Assembly: GCA_038727705.1 (NCBI GenBank)
Contig: JAVYVJ010000001.1
Span: 543,924-607,923 of the forward strand
Length of the DNA: 64,000 nucleotides
From: Zestosphaera sp.
GTDB taxonomy: Archaea > Thermoproteota > Thermoprotei_A > Sulfolobales > NBVN01
Reading direction: 5' to 3'
The number at the start of each line of letters is the position of its first letter. Positions within the stretch are counted from its first letter, which is position 1. Both the position numbers and the translations under genes were made by a program. A model generated the notes under the pieces. That model was not told where the DNA came from, did not search any database, and saw nothing but the letters and a program-made list of their open reading frames with translations. Below, in pieces: positions 17,674 to 26,039 of the stretch.

Positions 17674-19929
17674 CTAGAGCAATAATAGATACGCGTATAC
17701 CTCACCCGAGCACTCCAACGCTATTGCCTCCCCGTATGCACGCAAAACCTCGAATACCGGCTCTTCCCCTCTAGTGTACTTCACATAAAGCGGCACTTTC
17801 ATCCTCTTAAGGATTTCAACTAGTTGACTATTAACGACGCCGGTCAATTCTATTGCTAGCCTGCTTGGAAGGATACTCTCACTAATACTACTCAGCACCT
17901 CTCTATTGGGGGCGCGCATTCCTACCGTGACTACGTCTTTTATTTTACTGCGCTTAACGTCCTTAATGACTAGCCTGAACCCGCTTGAGGTATCGACCTC
18001 GACCTCGTAGTTTGAGAGCAGGGTAATGGGACTAGACTCTCCGTCAATTTGGTTTCTACTACCAGCCCGCACATATGGAACGCTTGGAGAGAGCCTGAAG
18101 GAAGCTAACTCTACAAGCACGTCTGGGTTCTTTGAAACCCTTTTTCTAAGCCATAAGAAAAACTTCCTGTCTATTTCTATTGTCTGCAGGGTCTTCATGA
18201 ACTCTGAAAGCACAGGTTTTAAGTCGCGGGGTTTGTCTCTATGCCTCATAACTGATAGTAGTATATAGTTAGAGAGAGGTAAGTACAGTCTTAGCTTGCC
18301 AACTCTACTTCTCAGTATCACTCCGTCCCCAAGCTTCTTGATGACCGACTCCTCTGCCATGACCCATGAGAGGGCATTGACGAACTCACTGTATTGTATC
18401 GTGGATTTACCTTTAAGTCTATGAGTAATTAGAGTATTAGCGTAACTCTGGGGTATGAGTATTATGACCTTTGAGTCTATGCCTCCTCTACCACTTCTAC
18501 CCATCCTCTGAACAAGTTCCCCGAGACTTGTAGCACTAATTATGCTATAGAATATATTCTGGAGGTCTACACCCAGCTCAACAGCGTAGTTCCCGAATAC
18601 ATACAGGTCTCCACTTGCTCTCTTCGCCACCAGCTCTTCCTTGCCGTGGAATCCAGACGGAGATGTAAGCCCCATGACCACCGTCGGGGCAACACCTGTG
18701 TTCTCATTAAACATCTTAGCCGACTTTTCTACAGAGTAGACTCTCCTGCCGAACACGAGCGCCCTCTTATGTTTCAGGATTTCCTGCGACTTCGAGCCAA
18801 CAATGGTTGGCAGCCACTCGTCGAGCTCGATCCAAGCCGGGTAACCTGCTCGCTTCGTCTTTATAGAGACGAGTTCAACAATGGTCTTGCCCCTTATCTT
18901 GACGACTGATCCTTCATCACAGATTACGGCGTCGGCTCTTACCTGTCTAACAGCCGTGTTTCCAGCAGTCTTATCTACGATATCTAGAACGTATCGGCTT
19001 GGTGTCGCAGACGAGAAGACCACCTTATACATTTCGCTCCTAGTGGAGGTTAGCGAAGAGAGCCTGTGTAGTAGGACTAGTGATATGGCTGTTGGTAGCT
19101 CGTAGAAGCCCCAGGTGTGGAACTCGTCAAAAAAGAGCACAGGTGATAGGAGAGCTGATGAGAGCTCAGCCAGCTCCCTCTCCGCGACCCTGCCCTCTAC
19201 CAGCAATCTAACCCTCTTAACAATTTTCTCAACGTACTGTCTAAGCTCATCCTCATTGCTCATCGATGACAGCATTTTCTCGACAACCCTCTTAACGAAT
19301 TCCCCTGAAGACGTCAGATCTAGTAGCTTGGCTAGGTCGTGATGGCTTCTATACATATGGGAGAACATGAGGTAAGGGTACTCAGGAACAGCGAGGGTTA
19401 TTAGGTAGTCCACGCTCTCAGTTAACATGGTTCTGCGCATAATATCTAGAACGTGCCGTCCAGAACCCACACTCAGGGCATTCTTTAGCTTCTCGATAGT
19501 ATCCCTAGTAAGCAATACCATCCCTACCTTGTTCTTGTAGTATTTCACCTTCCCATCATTCCTCAAGACCTCGAACTCTAAATCATGGACTGCTACTCCC
19601 TGCCCAAGTTCTCTAGCCTCACTAGCAGATAGTTTTCCGAGGGTTGCTTTAAGAGACTCGAACTGGTCTACGGTCAGGGGCTTGGTTGGGTATATACCTA
19701 GGGCACCGTCATAGCTTGTTCCGTATAAAATGTTAGAGAGAAGAGGTGTGAGAAGTGTGAAGGTCTTACCCGACCCGGTTGGAGCTGTAAGGAAAAGGTA
19801 TTGATGAGGAGAATTAAAAAAATCTATCGTTTCTTCCTGAAATCTCCTTAAAGTGAGCTCTGCTTTGCCTCTCATCCTGATATTACCTAGCTCTACACAT
19901 ACCGGCTCTAATTCAATGGCGTAAGTCAA
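17674..19929 (-). CDS. cas3: Cas3' superfamily-2 helicase without an HD domain
   Basis: 751 aa with motif I (APTGSGKT), motif II (FFDEFH) and motif VI (QRMGRSGRGG). No H...HD motif occurs at either terminus. There is a long C-terminal extension. Confidence 0.85.
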   Translation of the reverse strand: MTYAIELEPVCVELGNIRMRGKAELTLRRFQEETIDFFNSPHQYLFLTAPTGSGKTFTLLTPLLSNILYGTSYDGALGIYPTKPLTVDQFESLKATLGKLSASEARELGQGVAVHDLEFEVLRNDGKVKYYKNKVGMVLLTRDTIEKLKNALSVGSGRHVLDIMRRTMLTESVDYLITLAVPEYPYLMFSHMYRSHHDLAKLLDLTSSGEFVKRVVEKMLSSMSNEDELRQYVEKIVKRVRLLVEGRVAERELAELSSALLSPVLFFDEFHTWGFYELPTAISLVLLHRLSSLTSTRSEMYKVVFSSATPSRYVLDIVDKTAGNTAVRQVRADAVICDEGSVVKIRGKTIVELVSIKTKRAGYPAWIELDEWLPTIVGSKSQEILKHKRALVFGRRVYSVEKSAKMFNENTGVAPTVVMGLTSPSGFHGKEELVAKRASGDLYVFGNYAVELGVDLQNIFYSIISATSLGELVQRMGRSGRGGIDSKVIILIPQSYANTLITHRLKGKSTIQYSEFVNALSWVMAEESVIKKLGDGVILRSRVGKLRLYLPLSNYILLSVMRHRDKPRDLKPVLSEFMKTLQTIEIDRKFFLWLRKRVSKNPDVLVELASFRLSPSVPYVRAGSRNQIDGESSPITLLSNYEVEVDTSSGFRLVIKDVKRSKIKDVVTVGMRAPNREVLSSISESILPSRLAIELTGVVNSQLVEILKRMKVPLYVKYTRGEEPVFEVLRAYGEAIALECSGEVYAYLLLL

Positions 19930-20638
19930 TGAGCGGCACCCTGAATCTTATCCCGCTACGAGACTCTAGCGTGGCTACGACTGGCTCGTTGAAGTATGCC
20001 TTTGCAATTACGTTAGAATTTGGAACGCCTCTTCTCACGGTCTTAGTGTCCAGCAACGCAACGTAGGAGGCTGGCTCTACACCATCTCTTAGGAGATCCC
20101 CAAGATTGACTGGGTCGGTTGGTCCACTGGTACGACTCTTGATTTCGGCTTCTTCACACTTAACACTGAAGATTCCCTGCCTCTTGACGCCAACTCTAAC
20201 TGCATTAGGTATCTTCACATTGGCTGATCTAGCCACAAGTACTGTCTCGAATTCCGAACCCGGAGCGAAGTATAGGTGTACCACATGCCACGGGTACATG
20301 GACTTAGGTTTGGGTTGCACTATCTCTACCGCTCCTTCGCCCTTAATATTCAGTAACATCCTCTTGAGGTTAACCCTGCGGGGTCTAGCGGGATAGACGT
20401 AGAGCCTCTTCTCTACCTCGTCAAGCCAATAGTAGTCTATTTCTCCTACCTCTATGGCTGAGGACGCTAGCGAGGCGTGTAGTAGCCCGCTGAAGCCGTA
20501 CATCAGCGAGTAGTTGTGAAGGTACGGCTGGGGCTTGTAGACGGCGTAGGATACGCCCATCACGTTGGCGTAGCCGACTGACGACGAGTATGTTAGGTAG
20601 TCGCAGAGTCTCAGGGTGCAGATGTATGTTTTCATCAT
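19913..20638 (-). CDS. cas5: Cas5-family protein (Csc1/Cas5-like), by position and size
   Basis: 241 aa between cas7 and cas3', with a 17-nt overlap with cas3'. It has an RRM-like N-terminal pattern. There is no diagnostic motif that I can verify by eye. Confidence 0.55.
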   Translation of the reverse strand: MMKTYICTLRLCDYLTYSSSVGYANVMGVSYAVYKPQPYLHNYSLMYGFSGLLHASLASSAIEVGEIDYYWLDEVEKRLYVYPARPRRVNLKRMLLNIKGEGAVEIVQPKPKSMYPWHVVHLYFAPGSEFETVLVARSANVKIPNAVRVGVKRQGIFSVKCEEAEIKSRTSGPTDPVNLGDLLRDGVEPASYVALLDTKTVRRGVPNSNVIAKAYFNEPVVATLESRSGIRFRVPLIDLRH

Positions 20639-20665
20639 TTCGCTGATGCCCCTTCTTATCCTAGG

Positions 20666-21763
20666 TTACTTGGCGGTGATGTAGCTCTTTACGGCGTCTA
20701 TATAGTTCCTGGAGTTTGTCCAGAGCTCTTTTACTAGGTTAGCGTCAAGTATGTTTACGTTCTTCAGCTTAGCTAGGATATCCTCGGTTACCTCAACGAC
20801 TCCTGCTCCGGTGGCGTACGATACACTTCTTACGTATTCTAGGAGCTTCCTCCGAGCCTCTGCCTCGTTTGCTTCGCCTGCCAACCTCTCGGTGGCTTCG
20901 TAGGCTGAGCCGACTTCAAATAGGTCGGCTACGGTGGCTACGGGTACGACCTTGAGTGTCCCCCATAAAGATGTCCTCGCTCCTACTCTAATAGTTCTCG
21001 TCAGGAGCCAAAGGACGTACAGTAATTCTACTGGTGATGACATGAACAACACTACTTTACCTACGAAGAGTGTGCCGGGCTCTACGAAGGTCTCGGCGAA
21101 CAGGGCGCCTGTTCTCGCCTCCTCTCCCTCTGCTTTCTGACCTTCTTTAATCATTATCGTTGTGTAGGTAATCTCGTCTACGGCGTTCCCCGTCCTTCTC
21201 TCGTAGCTGGGAGTTAATGCATATGCCGAATCTCCGACAAACCTGCTGGCTAGGTTGTAGTTGGCGGCAGCACTCGTAGCACCCATCAATACGTCAGTTG
21301 GACACTTCATGCACCTGCCGTGCATTACGCCTTTTCCTTCGCCGGCTAGGCCTGGTGATATAGAGCAGGATGCTAGGAAGTCGTAGTTTTGATCGCCTAT
21401 AGCCGCCTTGATGACGCTATTATGTAACTCCCACTGTCTTCTCAGTAGCTGCATGAACTCCCTTAGGTACACAGCCTTCAGCTTCCTGAAAATGAGTGTT
21501 GGAACAGCCTCGCCGGCTGCTTCGCTCAGGATTATGTCGTCTTCTCCTTCCGTCCTCAGTATCATCCTGTCCTCTACTCTCCCGATCCAGTATATCGTTA
21601 TATGCTTTGCAACGGGCTTTACTGATTCTGTTCCCCCCGTGTATGTGTGTAGGTATGGTTCTATTTTCTTGAAGTTGTCGTCCCCTAACACTTCCCTAAG
21701 TTTTTTGATAGAGTTCTCGTATGGGGATTTGACTTGGGGTTGGGTCTGGGACATTGATTTCAC
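20666..21763 (-). CDS. cas7: Cas7-family backbone protein, Csc2-like (type I-D-like) with a Cys/His cluster
   Basis: 365 aa carrying C-x14-H-x2-C-x2-C (SCSISPGLAGEGKGVMHGRCMKCPTDVLMGA) followed by RTGNAVDE. It lacks the Csa2 (I-A Cas7) signature segments that I remember (LNG..S.GN, ISGEALAH). Confidence 0.6.
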   Translation of the reverse strand: MKSMSQTQPQVKSPYENSIKKLREVLGDDNFKKIEPYLHTYTGGTESVKPVAKHITIYWIGRVEDRMILRTEGEDDIILSEAAGEAVPTLIFRKLKAVYLREFMQLLRRQWELHNSVIKAAIGDQNYDFLASCSISPGLAGEGKGVMHGRCMKCPTDVLMGATSAAANYNLASRFVGDSAYALTPSYERRTGNAVDEITYTTIMIKEGQKAEGEEARTGALFAETFVEPGTLFVGKVVLFMSSPVELLYVLWLLTRTIRVGARTSLWGTLKVVPVATVADLFEVGSAYEATERLAGEANEAEARRKLLEYVRSVSYATGAGVVEVTEDILAKLKNVNILDANLVKELWTNSRNYIDAVKSYITAK

Positions 21764-21768
21764 CTCTT

Positions 21769-22203
21769 TTAGGATTTCTTCTCAAGCGGTTCAATGGAGA
21801 CGCTTGAAAGTAGCCCAGTCGCAAGTCCTATCAGTAGAATCCGCATGTTTTTCAGCATTTTGAAGGCTCCGACCGGGTTTATCGACTTCTGCATTGCTAC
21901 GTAGTCAACCAAGTTTATGGCCGCTTCCTTTACCGTATTTCTCTCCTGCTCGTCGGCGAACCCGTAGTGCCTCGCGAACAAGTCCATTATCTTGGCAACA
22001 GTATCTGCCTTACCGCCGGAGCCCGCTAGGAACTCCTCTAGGGGGTTGAATATCCTTGCTATGTGGTGTCTTGACACTCTCTCCCCCCTGGTCTTACTCC
22101 TGATGTAGTTAGCTATAGTCTCCAGCGGCTTTACGTACCTCATCTCGCTTGGGTAGATCTGTAGTCTTATCCTGGACTGGGTTTGGGGTTGGGGCACGGA
22201 CAT
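21769..22203 (-). CDS. putative Cascade small subunit (Cas11/Csa5-like), by position
   Basis: 144-aa, mostly helical ORF between the large subunit and cas7. There is an SD-like GGGGTGGGA upstream of its ATG. The call is positional only. Confidence 0.45.
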   Translation of the reverse strand: MSVPQPQTQSRIRLQIYPSEMRYVKPLETIANYIRSKTRGERVSRHHIARIFNPLEEFLAGSGGKADTVAKIMDLFARHYGFADEQERNTVKEAAINLVDYVAMQKSINPVGAFKMLKNMRILLIGLATGLLSSVSIEPLEKKS

Positions 22204-22215
22204 ACCATCCCACCC

Positions 22216-22231
22216 CTTTTCTTATTGCTTC
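22216..22231 (-). repeat. 16-nt partial CRISPR repeat (GAAGCAATAAGAAAAG, the 5' two-thirds of the repeat) at the large-subunit/small-subunit gene junction
   Basis: Plus strand CTTTTCTTATTGCTTC at 22216-22231 is identical to positions 1-16 of the repeat in crRNA sense on the cas coding strand. It overlaps the large-subunit TGA stop (22230-22232). Confidence 0.85.
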
Positions 22232-24275
22232 ACATGAGCTTCCTAAGCATGTACGAATAAACGTCCAGAGCCGGGGCACCAGTGGTTATGAGCCCACTCT
22301 TCGTGAACCTGGTCTTACCTATCTTTACCTCTGCCTCATCTAGGTTCATGACGTACGTCCTCAGTTGCTCATATAGTATTCTCCTCAACCTCCTTGTCCT
22401 GCTCCACTCGTTTCTCTCCCTAGCTATCTTCAGCTCTCGTACGAAGTGGAGTACGGACTCCTCCATAACGACGTCGCTAACCTCCATCTCTATGGGTAGA
22501 CCGCTCCAGGGTGGTGGCATGCTCAGAGCATTGGTCGTCAGTACGAGACTCCCGCCAATGTAGTACCAGAGGTCTAGTGCTGTTAGCAGGTCGCCTTTTC
22601 CAAGGCGTCCACGCTCATCCGATGTCTTAACTATTATTCTGCTGGAGACGTAGTCTGGTATAACCAAAGGTTTTGTCTCTTCCTTTTTCTTTCTCTTCAG
22701 TCCAAGAACCACGTATTCTCTGGCGACCTCTCTGACTATCTGCAGCAGGTCCGTGCTCATAGCCGGGTAGTAGATTATGTTTGATGCCCACATGCCGTCA
22801 AAGAAGGATGTTGTAGCTGGAAAGATTATTGATTCGTACTCGCACACTGGACAGATGGGCACGCTGTCCGAGAAACCCTCTAAGGCTCTGTAGTCATCTG
22901 GTCTACCCTGTCTGTCTGGGTGGAATAGCTCGGAGACGTTTATATCCAGAATACGCTTGAATCTATCAAGGTATGCTCGCAGGGTTCTTGTTTTCGAAAC
23001 CCTCTCTCGACAGATAACACATACCGCTCCCTCTTTAGGTCTCTTCTGGGCACTTCCTGTTATACCGAAGTACCTGATGCTAATTGTTTTCTCAACCACT
23101 TCTTTCACATCGCTAACGTCAACTTCTGCTGACAGCATCCTCTTAACCAGCTTATCCTTAGTCCTCTCTACCAAGTTGCTTAAGTCTTGAGAACCGAACT
23201 CATTGAGGTGGTTGGAGAGGTTTTTGATTACTTCTTGAACGTCTTTACCTCTGATGAACCCCAGCTCAAGTTCGCTGAGAGCTTCTCGAAGGTTCTCTTT
23301 TACGCTACCGAGTGTTTTCGCATAGGTGAGCACCGACCATATAACTAACAGTACCTTGTCTGCTGGTGTGGTATAGGTTCTGAAGGTCTCTTCTATATCG
23401 CTGATGCTGAGCTGACGTAGGTTTGGTAATGAACTTATAACCCGGCCGGTGTTCAGCTTCTTATCACCAGCGTGAACGATGCCATCAACAGACCTTAGGC
23501 TTGCAACCTTAGGCTTACTGGTGGTGGTCGGTGCTAGCGCTTTTGTAACTTCGTTAGAAATGTAGTTAGCTAGACCGTCGTATAGTTTCTTAATATCGTC
23601 GCCTCCGATGCAACTTCTAGATAAGTACAGAGAACCTGTCGGAGTAGAGACCAGCGGTGTGAGCTCGGCCTCCATAAGTATTTCATTAAGTTTTTCAGCA
23701 ACTATCGCGATAATAGGTCTCTGCTTACCTATAACCACAGGGACTAGGTGGTGCTTCACGCCAAGCTTACTCAGCGTCTCTCCGACTTTATCCATAACAT
23801 ACGCTATGTTCCAGCTCTCTTCCCCACCGGTTAGGTAGTCCCCGAGCCTAACGAACTCGGCAATAACTTGAAGTCTTCTCGGGAGCCCACCGCTCTCCAG
23901 CTTCGAAGCTACCTCCAGAGCATCGTCAAAGCGCCCACCGAGATACCCGTCTAAAACATCGTATAGTCTCTCATTAGCAAAGACCTCGTCTGCTTTTTCC
24001 TTAAGAATCTGAAGACTTAGCCTCATCTTTTCGTAATCGTGTAGGAGACCAGCTAGAAAAGCTGTTGCCTGTTCGTACTCGCTCATCTCGGAGAACTCTG
24101 CTAGTCTAGCCGCTATGAAGGCTGCGCCGAAGAAGTGCTGAAGACCTGAAATAAGATATGATTTAGGATTGCAAGGAAGTGCATAACCGTATACACCAGT
24201 TTCTATCTTATTTGGGATGAGCTTCGTGATGTCACTCGCAATGGCTTCTCTCAGCTCTAAAATGAAACTCTCCAA
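22230..24275 (-). CDS. Cascade large subunit (Cas8/Cas10d-like) with an N-terminal HD-nuclease-like motif and a zinc finger
   Basis: 681 aa with a TTG start. The N-terminal QHFFGAAFIAARLA...AGLLHDYEK resembles Cas3 HD motifs I and II. The central CVIC...x~60...CPVC forms a zinc-ribbon pair. It is the first gene of the interference operon. Confidence 0.6.
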   Translation of the reverse strand: MESFILELREAIASDITKLIPNKIETGVYGYALPCNPKSYLISGLQHFFGAAFIAARLAEFSEMSEYEQATAFLAGLLHDYEKMRLSLQILKEKADEVFANERLYDVLDGYLGGRFDDALEVASKLESGGLPRRLQVIAEFVRLGDYLTGGEESWNIAYVMDKVGETLSKLGVKHHLVPVVIGKQRPIIAIVAEKLNEILMEAELTPLVSTPTGSLYLSRSCIGGDDIKKLYDGLANYISNEVTKALAPTTTSKPKVASLRSVDGIVHAGDKKLNTGRVISSLPNLRQLSISDIEETFRTYTTPADKVLLVIWSVLTYAKTLGSVKENLREALSELELGFIRGKDVQEVIKNLSNHLNEFGSQDLSNLVERTKDKLVKRMLSAEVDVSDVKEVVEKTISIRYFGITGSAQKRPKEGAVCVICRERVSKTRTLRAYLDRFKRILDINVSELFHPDRQGRPDDYRALEGFSDSVPICPVCEYESIIFPATTSFFDGMWASNIIYYPAMSTDLLQIVREVAREYVVLGLKRKKKEETKPLVIPDYVSSRIIVKTSDERGRLGKGDLLTALDLWYYIGGSLVLTTNALSMPPPWSGLPIEMEVSDVVMEESVLHFVRELKIARERNEWSRTRRLRRILYEQLRTYVMNLDEAEVKIGKTRFTKSGLITTGAPALDVYSYMLRKLM

Positions 24276-24367
24276 TCTTTACACCAAAATAAGATTTGGA
24301 ATGAAAGTTTATAAATCTTGTTTAAAGATATACATTAGAATGAGGGAGAGAATTAGGGCGTAAAACT
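24276..24367. promoter_or_regulatory. bidirectional promoter region between the interference operon and csa3 (TATA boxes TTTATAAA at 24308-24315 and TTTAAAGATA at 24321-24330)
   Basis: AT-rich 92-nt divergent intergenic region. The palindromic TTTATAAA could serve the minus-strand operon (TTG start 24275). The second TATA is about 40 nt upstream of the csa3 ATG. Confidence 0.55.
24283..24307 (+). repeat. degenerate CRISPR-repeat-like element in the cas promoter (AATAAGA-tttg-GAATGAAAG)
   Basis: 24288-24294 (AATAAGA) equals repeat positions 6-12. 24299-24307 (GAATGAAAG) matches repeat positions 16-24 at 8/9. Block spacing is 4 nt instead of 3, and the first 5 repeat positions do not match. 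Confidence 0.45.
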
Positions 24368-25042
24368 ATGAGGCTCTTCGCCATCACTGTCGGCTTTGAT
24401 GAGAAACTCTCGATCAGGGGGTTGCTGAAGATCGGCGTAAACGTAGATGACGTTATTATGTTAGTTTATTCTAAGAGCGGTGGTGAGTTCGAGGTTAGAA
24501 AGGTTGAGAAAGCTGTTGAGACTGTTAAAGACTTGGTTGTTAAGACGGGAGTTAAGGTAGTAGACGTTGCAGTTTCAGGGATGAATTTCTACGAAGACGC
24601 TACTATAGTGCTTAGGGCTTTAAGAGAGCACCCAGCAGGAGAGGTTATAGCATTACTCGCCGGGGGAATGAGGCTAATTATATTTGAGGTGCTGACCGCC
24701 GTATTACTGTACAGCAGTCTCTCGGGCATCAGAGCCAGGATTCACTTGATGCGTGAGGACGGACTGTACGATGTTGCTCTACCCACTGAGGTTTTCCGAA
24801 TATCTATTACTTCTAAGGATGCCGCCGTATTAAGGGTTCTCTACGAAAAAAGAACTATGAAGAGAAGTCATCTCGTTGAGAGCGTTTCACGCGAGACTGG
24901 GATCTCTGAATCAATGGTGTACAAGGTAATTAAAAACCTAACTGGGAAGGGACTCATAATAGTTGATGGTGATACTCTCACGCTTACTGATCTCGGACGC
25001 CTTGTTTGCGAAGCTCTTGAAATAGAGAAGAAGGGAGAGTGA
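24368..25042 (+). CDS. csa3: Csa3-type CRISPR locus transcriptional regulator (CARF domain + wHTH)
   Basis: 224 aa with an N-terminal Rossmann-like CARF pattern (MRLFAITVGFDEK...LLAGGMRL) and a C-terminal wHTH (RSHLVESVSRETGISESMVYKVIKNLTGKGLI). Confidence 0.8.
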   Translation: MRLFAITVGFDEKLSIRGLLKIGVNVDDVIMLVYSKSGGEFEVRKVEKAVETVKDLVVKTGVKVVDVAVSGMNFYEDATIVLRALREHPAGEVIALLAGGMRLIIFEVLTAVLLYSSLSGIRARIHLMREDGLYDVALPTEVFRISITSKDAAVLRVLYEKRTMKRSHLVESVSRETGISESMVYKVIKNLTGKGLIIVDGDTLTLTDLGRLVCEALEIEKKGE

Positions 25043-25049
25043 TGAGAGA

Positions 25050-25970
25050 ATGGAGAGACGTCTGTTCAAGGCTACTGTTACAATTGGAAGGAGTGCTGAA
25101 AAGCATTCAAAGAAACTAAGAGATTTAGAGGAAGTATTTACGGGTAAGCTCGTGAAGTCTTTAATCATAGACGGTAATCCCCTGTTAAGGCAGTTCTTTG
25201 AGAAGATGTCTGGAAGCGCTCCTAAATTGGTCCACGTTTCCCCCCTCTACGTTGAGAGAGTAATCGATGGAAGAAAGCAGGTAAAGTGCATCTACGTATA
25301 CAGAGATGACAGCAATAATGAAATGGCGAGATATAGCTTCTATATAGGGCTAGTCGAATCTAATGCCATATACAGTCCAACCTCGGATGACGTGTATCAA
25401 GCTCTACTTAATCTATCCGGACACCATCGCTTTAAGGCTCAAGTTCTTGATATAGAGCTCATCTCCGTAGAAGAGATAGATGTGGTGAGAGATATCAAGA
25501 AAGTAGTCTCGGATCTTAGTAGACTAAAAAAGATGAAGATAGTGTTCTCTTCCCCCACACTTCTAAGAGACCCGCTCAGGAGAGGCAAGCATAAATCACT
25601 AACCCCAACACCCATAAACATCTTCTCCACACCAGTTTACATAAACCTGTACCTCACCGGTGCTCTTAGGTGGAAATCATTCATCAGAACACTCATCATC
25701 CTACATAGACTACTCAATGAGCCGTACTCTACTCACAAGACAACAAAGATTACGTGGGTAAGATACAGCAAAGACAAGAACCCCATACCCACACTTACAG
25801 GTTATGTAAACCTCTTCCTTAATGAATACTACTACAACCAACACGCAAAACATATAAACATAGGGTCACTTCTGGAAGAAACCCTTTCAACAATCCTCAC
25901 ACTAGGAACGGGAACATCAAGAGCAACAGGCTTTGGACACATCACGCTTGCAACACCATCCGGTTCCTAA
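25050..25970 (+). CDS. cas6: Cas6 crRNA-processing endoribonuclease
   Basis: 306 aa with a C-terminal glycine-rich loop (GTGTSRATGFGH) typical of Cas6. It is immediately upstream of leader 2. Confidence 0.85.
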   Translation: MERRLFKATVTIGRSAEKHSKKLRDLEEVFTGKLVKSLIIDGNPLLRQFFEKMSGSAPKLVHVSPLYVERVIDGRKQVKCIYVYRDDSNNEMARYSFYIGLVESNAIYSPTSDDVYQALLNLSGHHRFKAQVLDIELISVEEIDVVRDIKKVVSDLSRLKKMKIVFSSPTLLRDPLRRGKHKSLTPTPINIFSTPVYINLYLTGALRWKSFIRTLIILHRLLNEPYSTHKTTKITWVRYSKDKNPIPTLTGYVNLFLNEYYYNQHAKHINIGSLLEETLSTILTLGTGTSRATGFGHITLATPSGS

Positions 25971-26039
25971 GGAGGCTTGATGGATTTTCCGGAATCGATC
26001 AACAAAAATTTATAAACAACCAGCACAAAACAATGACAG
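25971..26039 (+). promoter_or_regulatory. CRISPR leader 2 with TATA box (TTTATAAA, 26009-26016) and palindromes TTCCGGAA / ATCGAT (25987-25999)
   Basis: A 69-nt segment between the cas6 stop and the first repeat, with the TATA box about 24 nt upstream of the first repeat. It is the exact reverse complement of 15660-15728. Confidence 0.75.
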
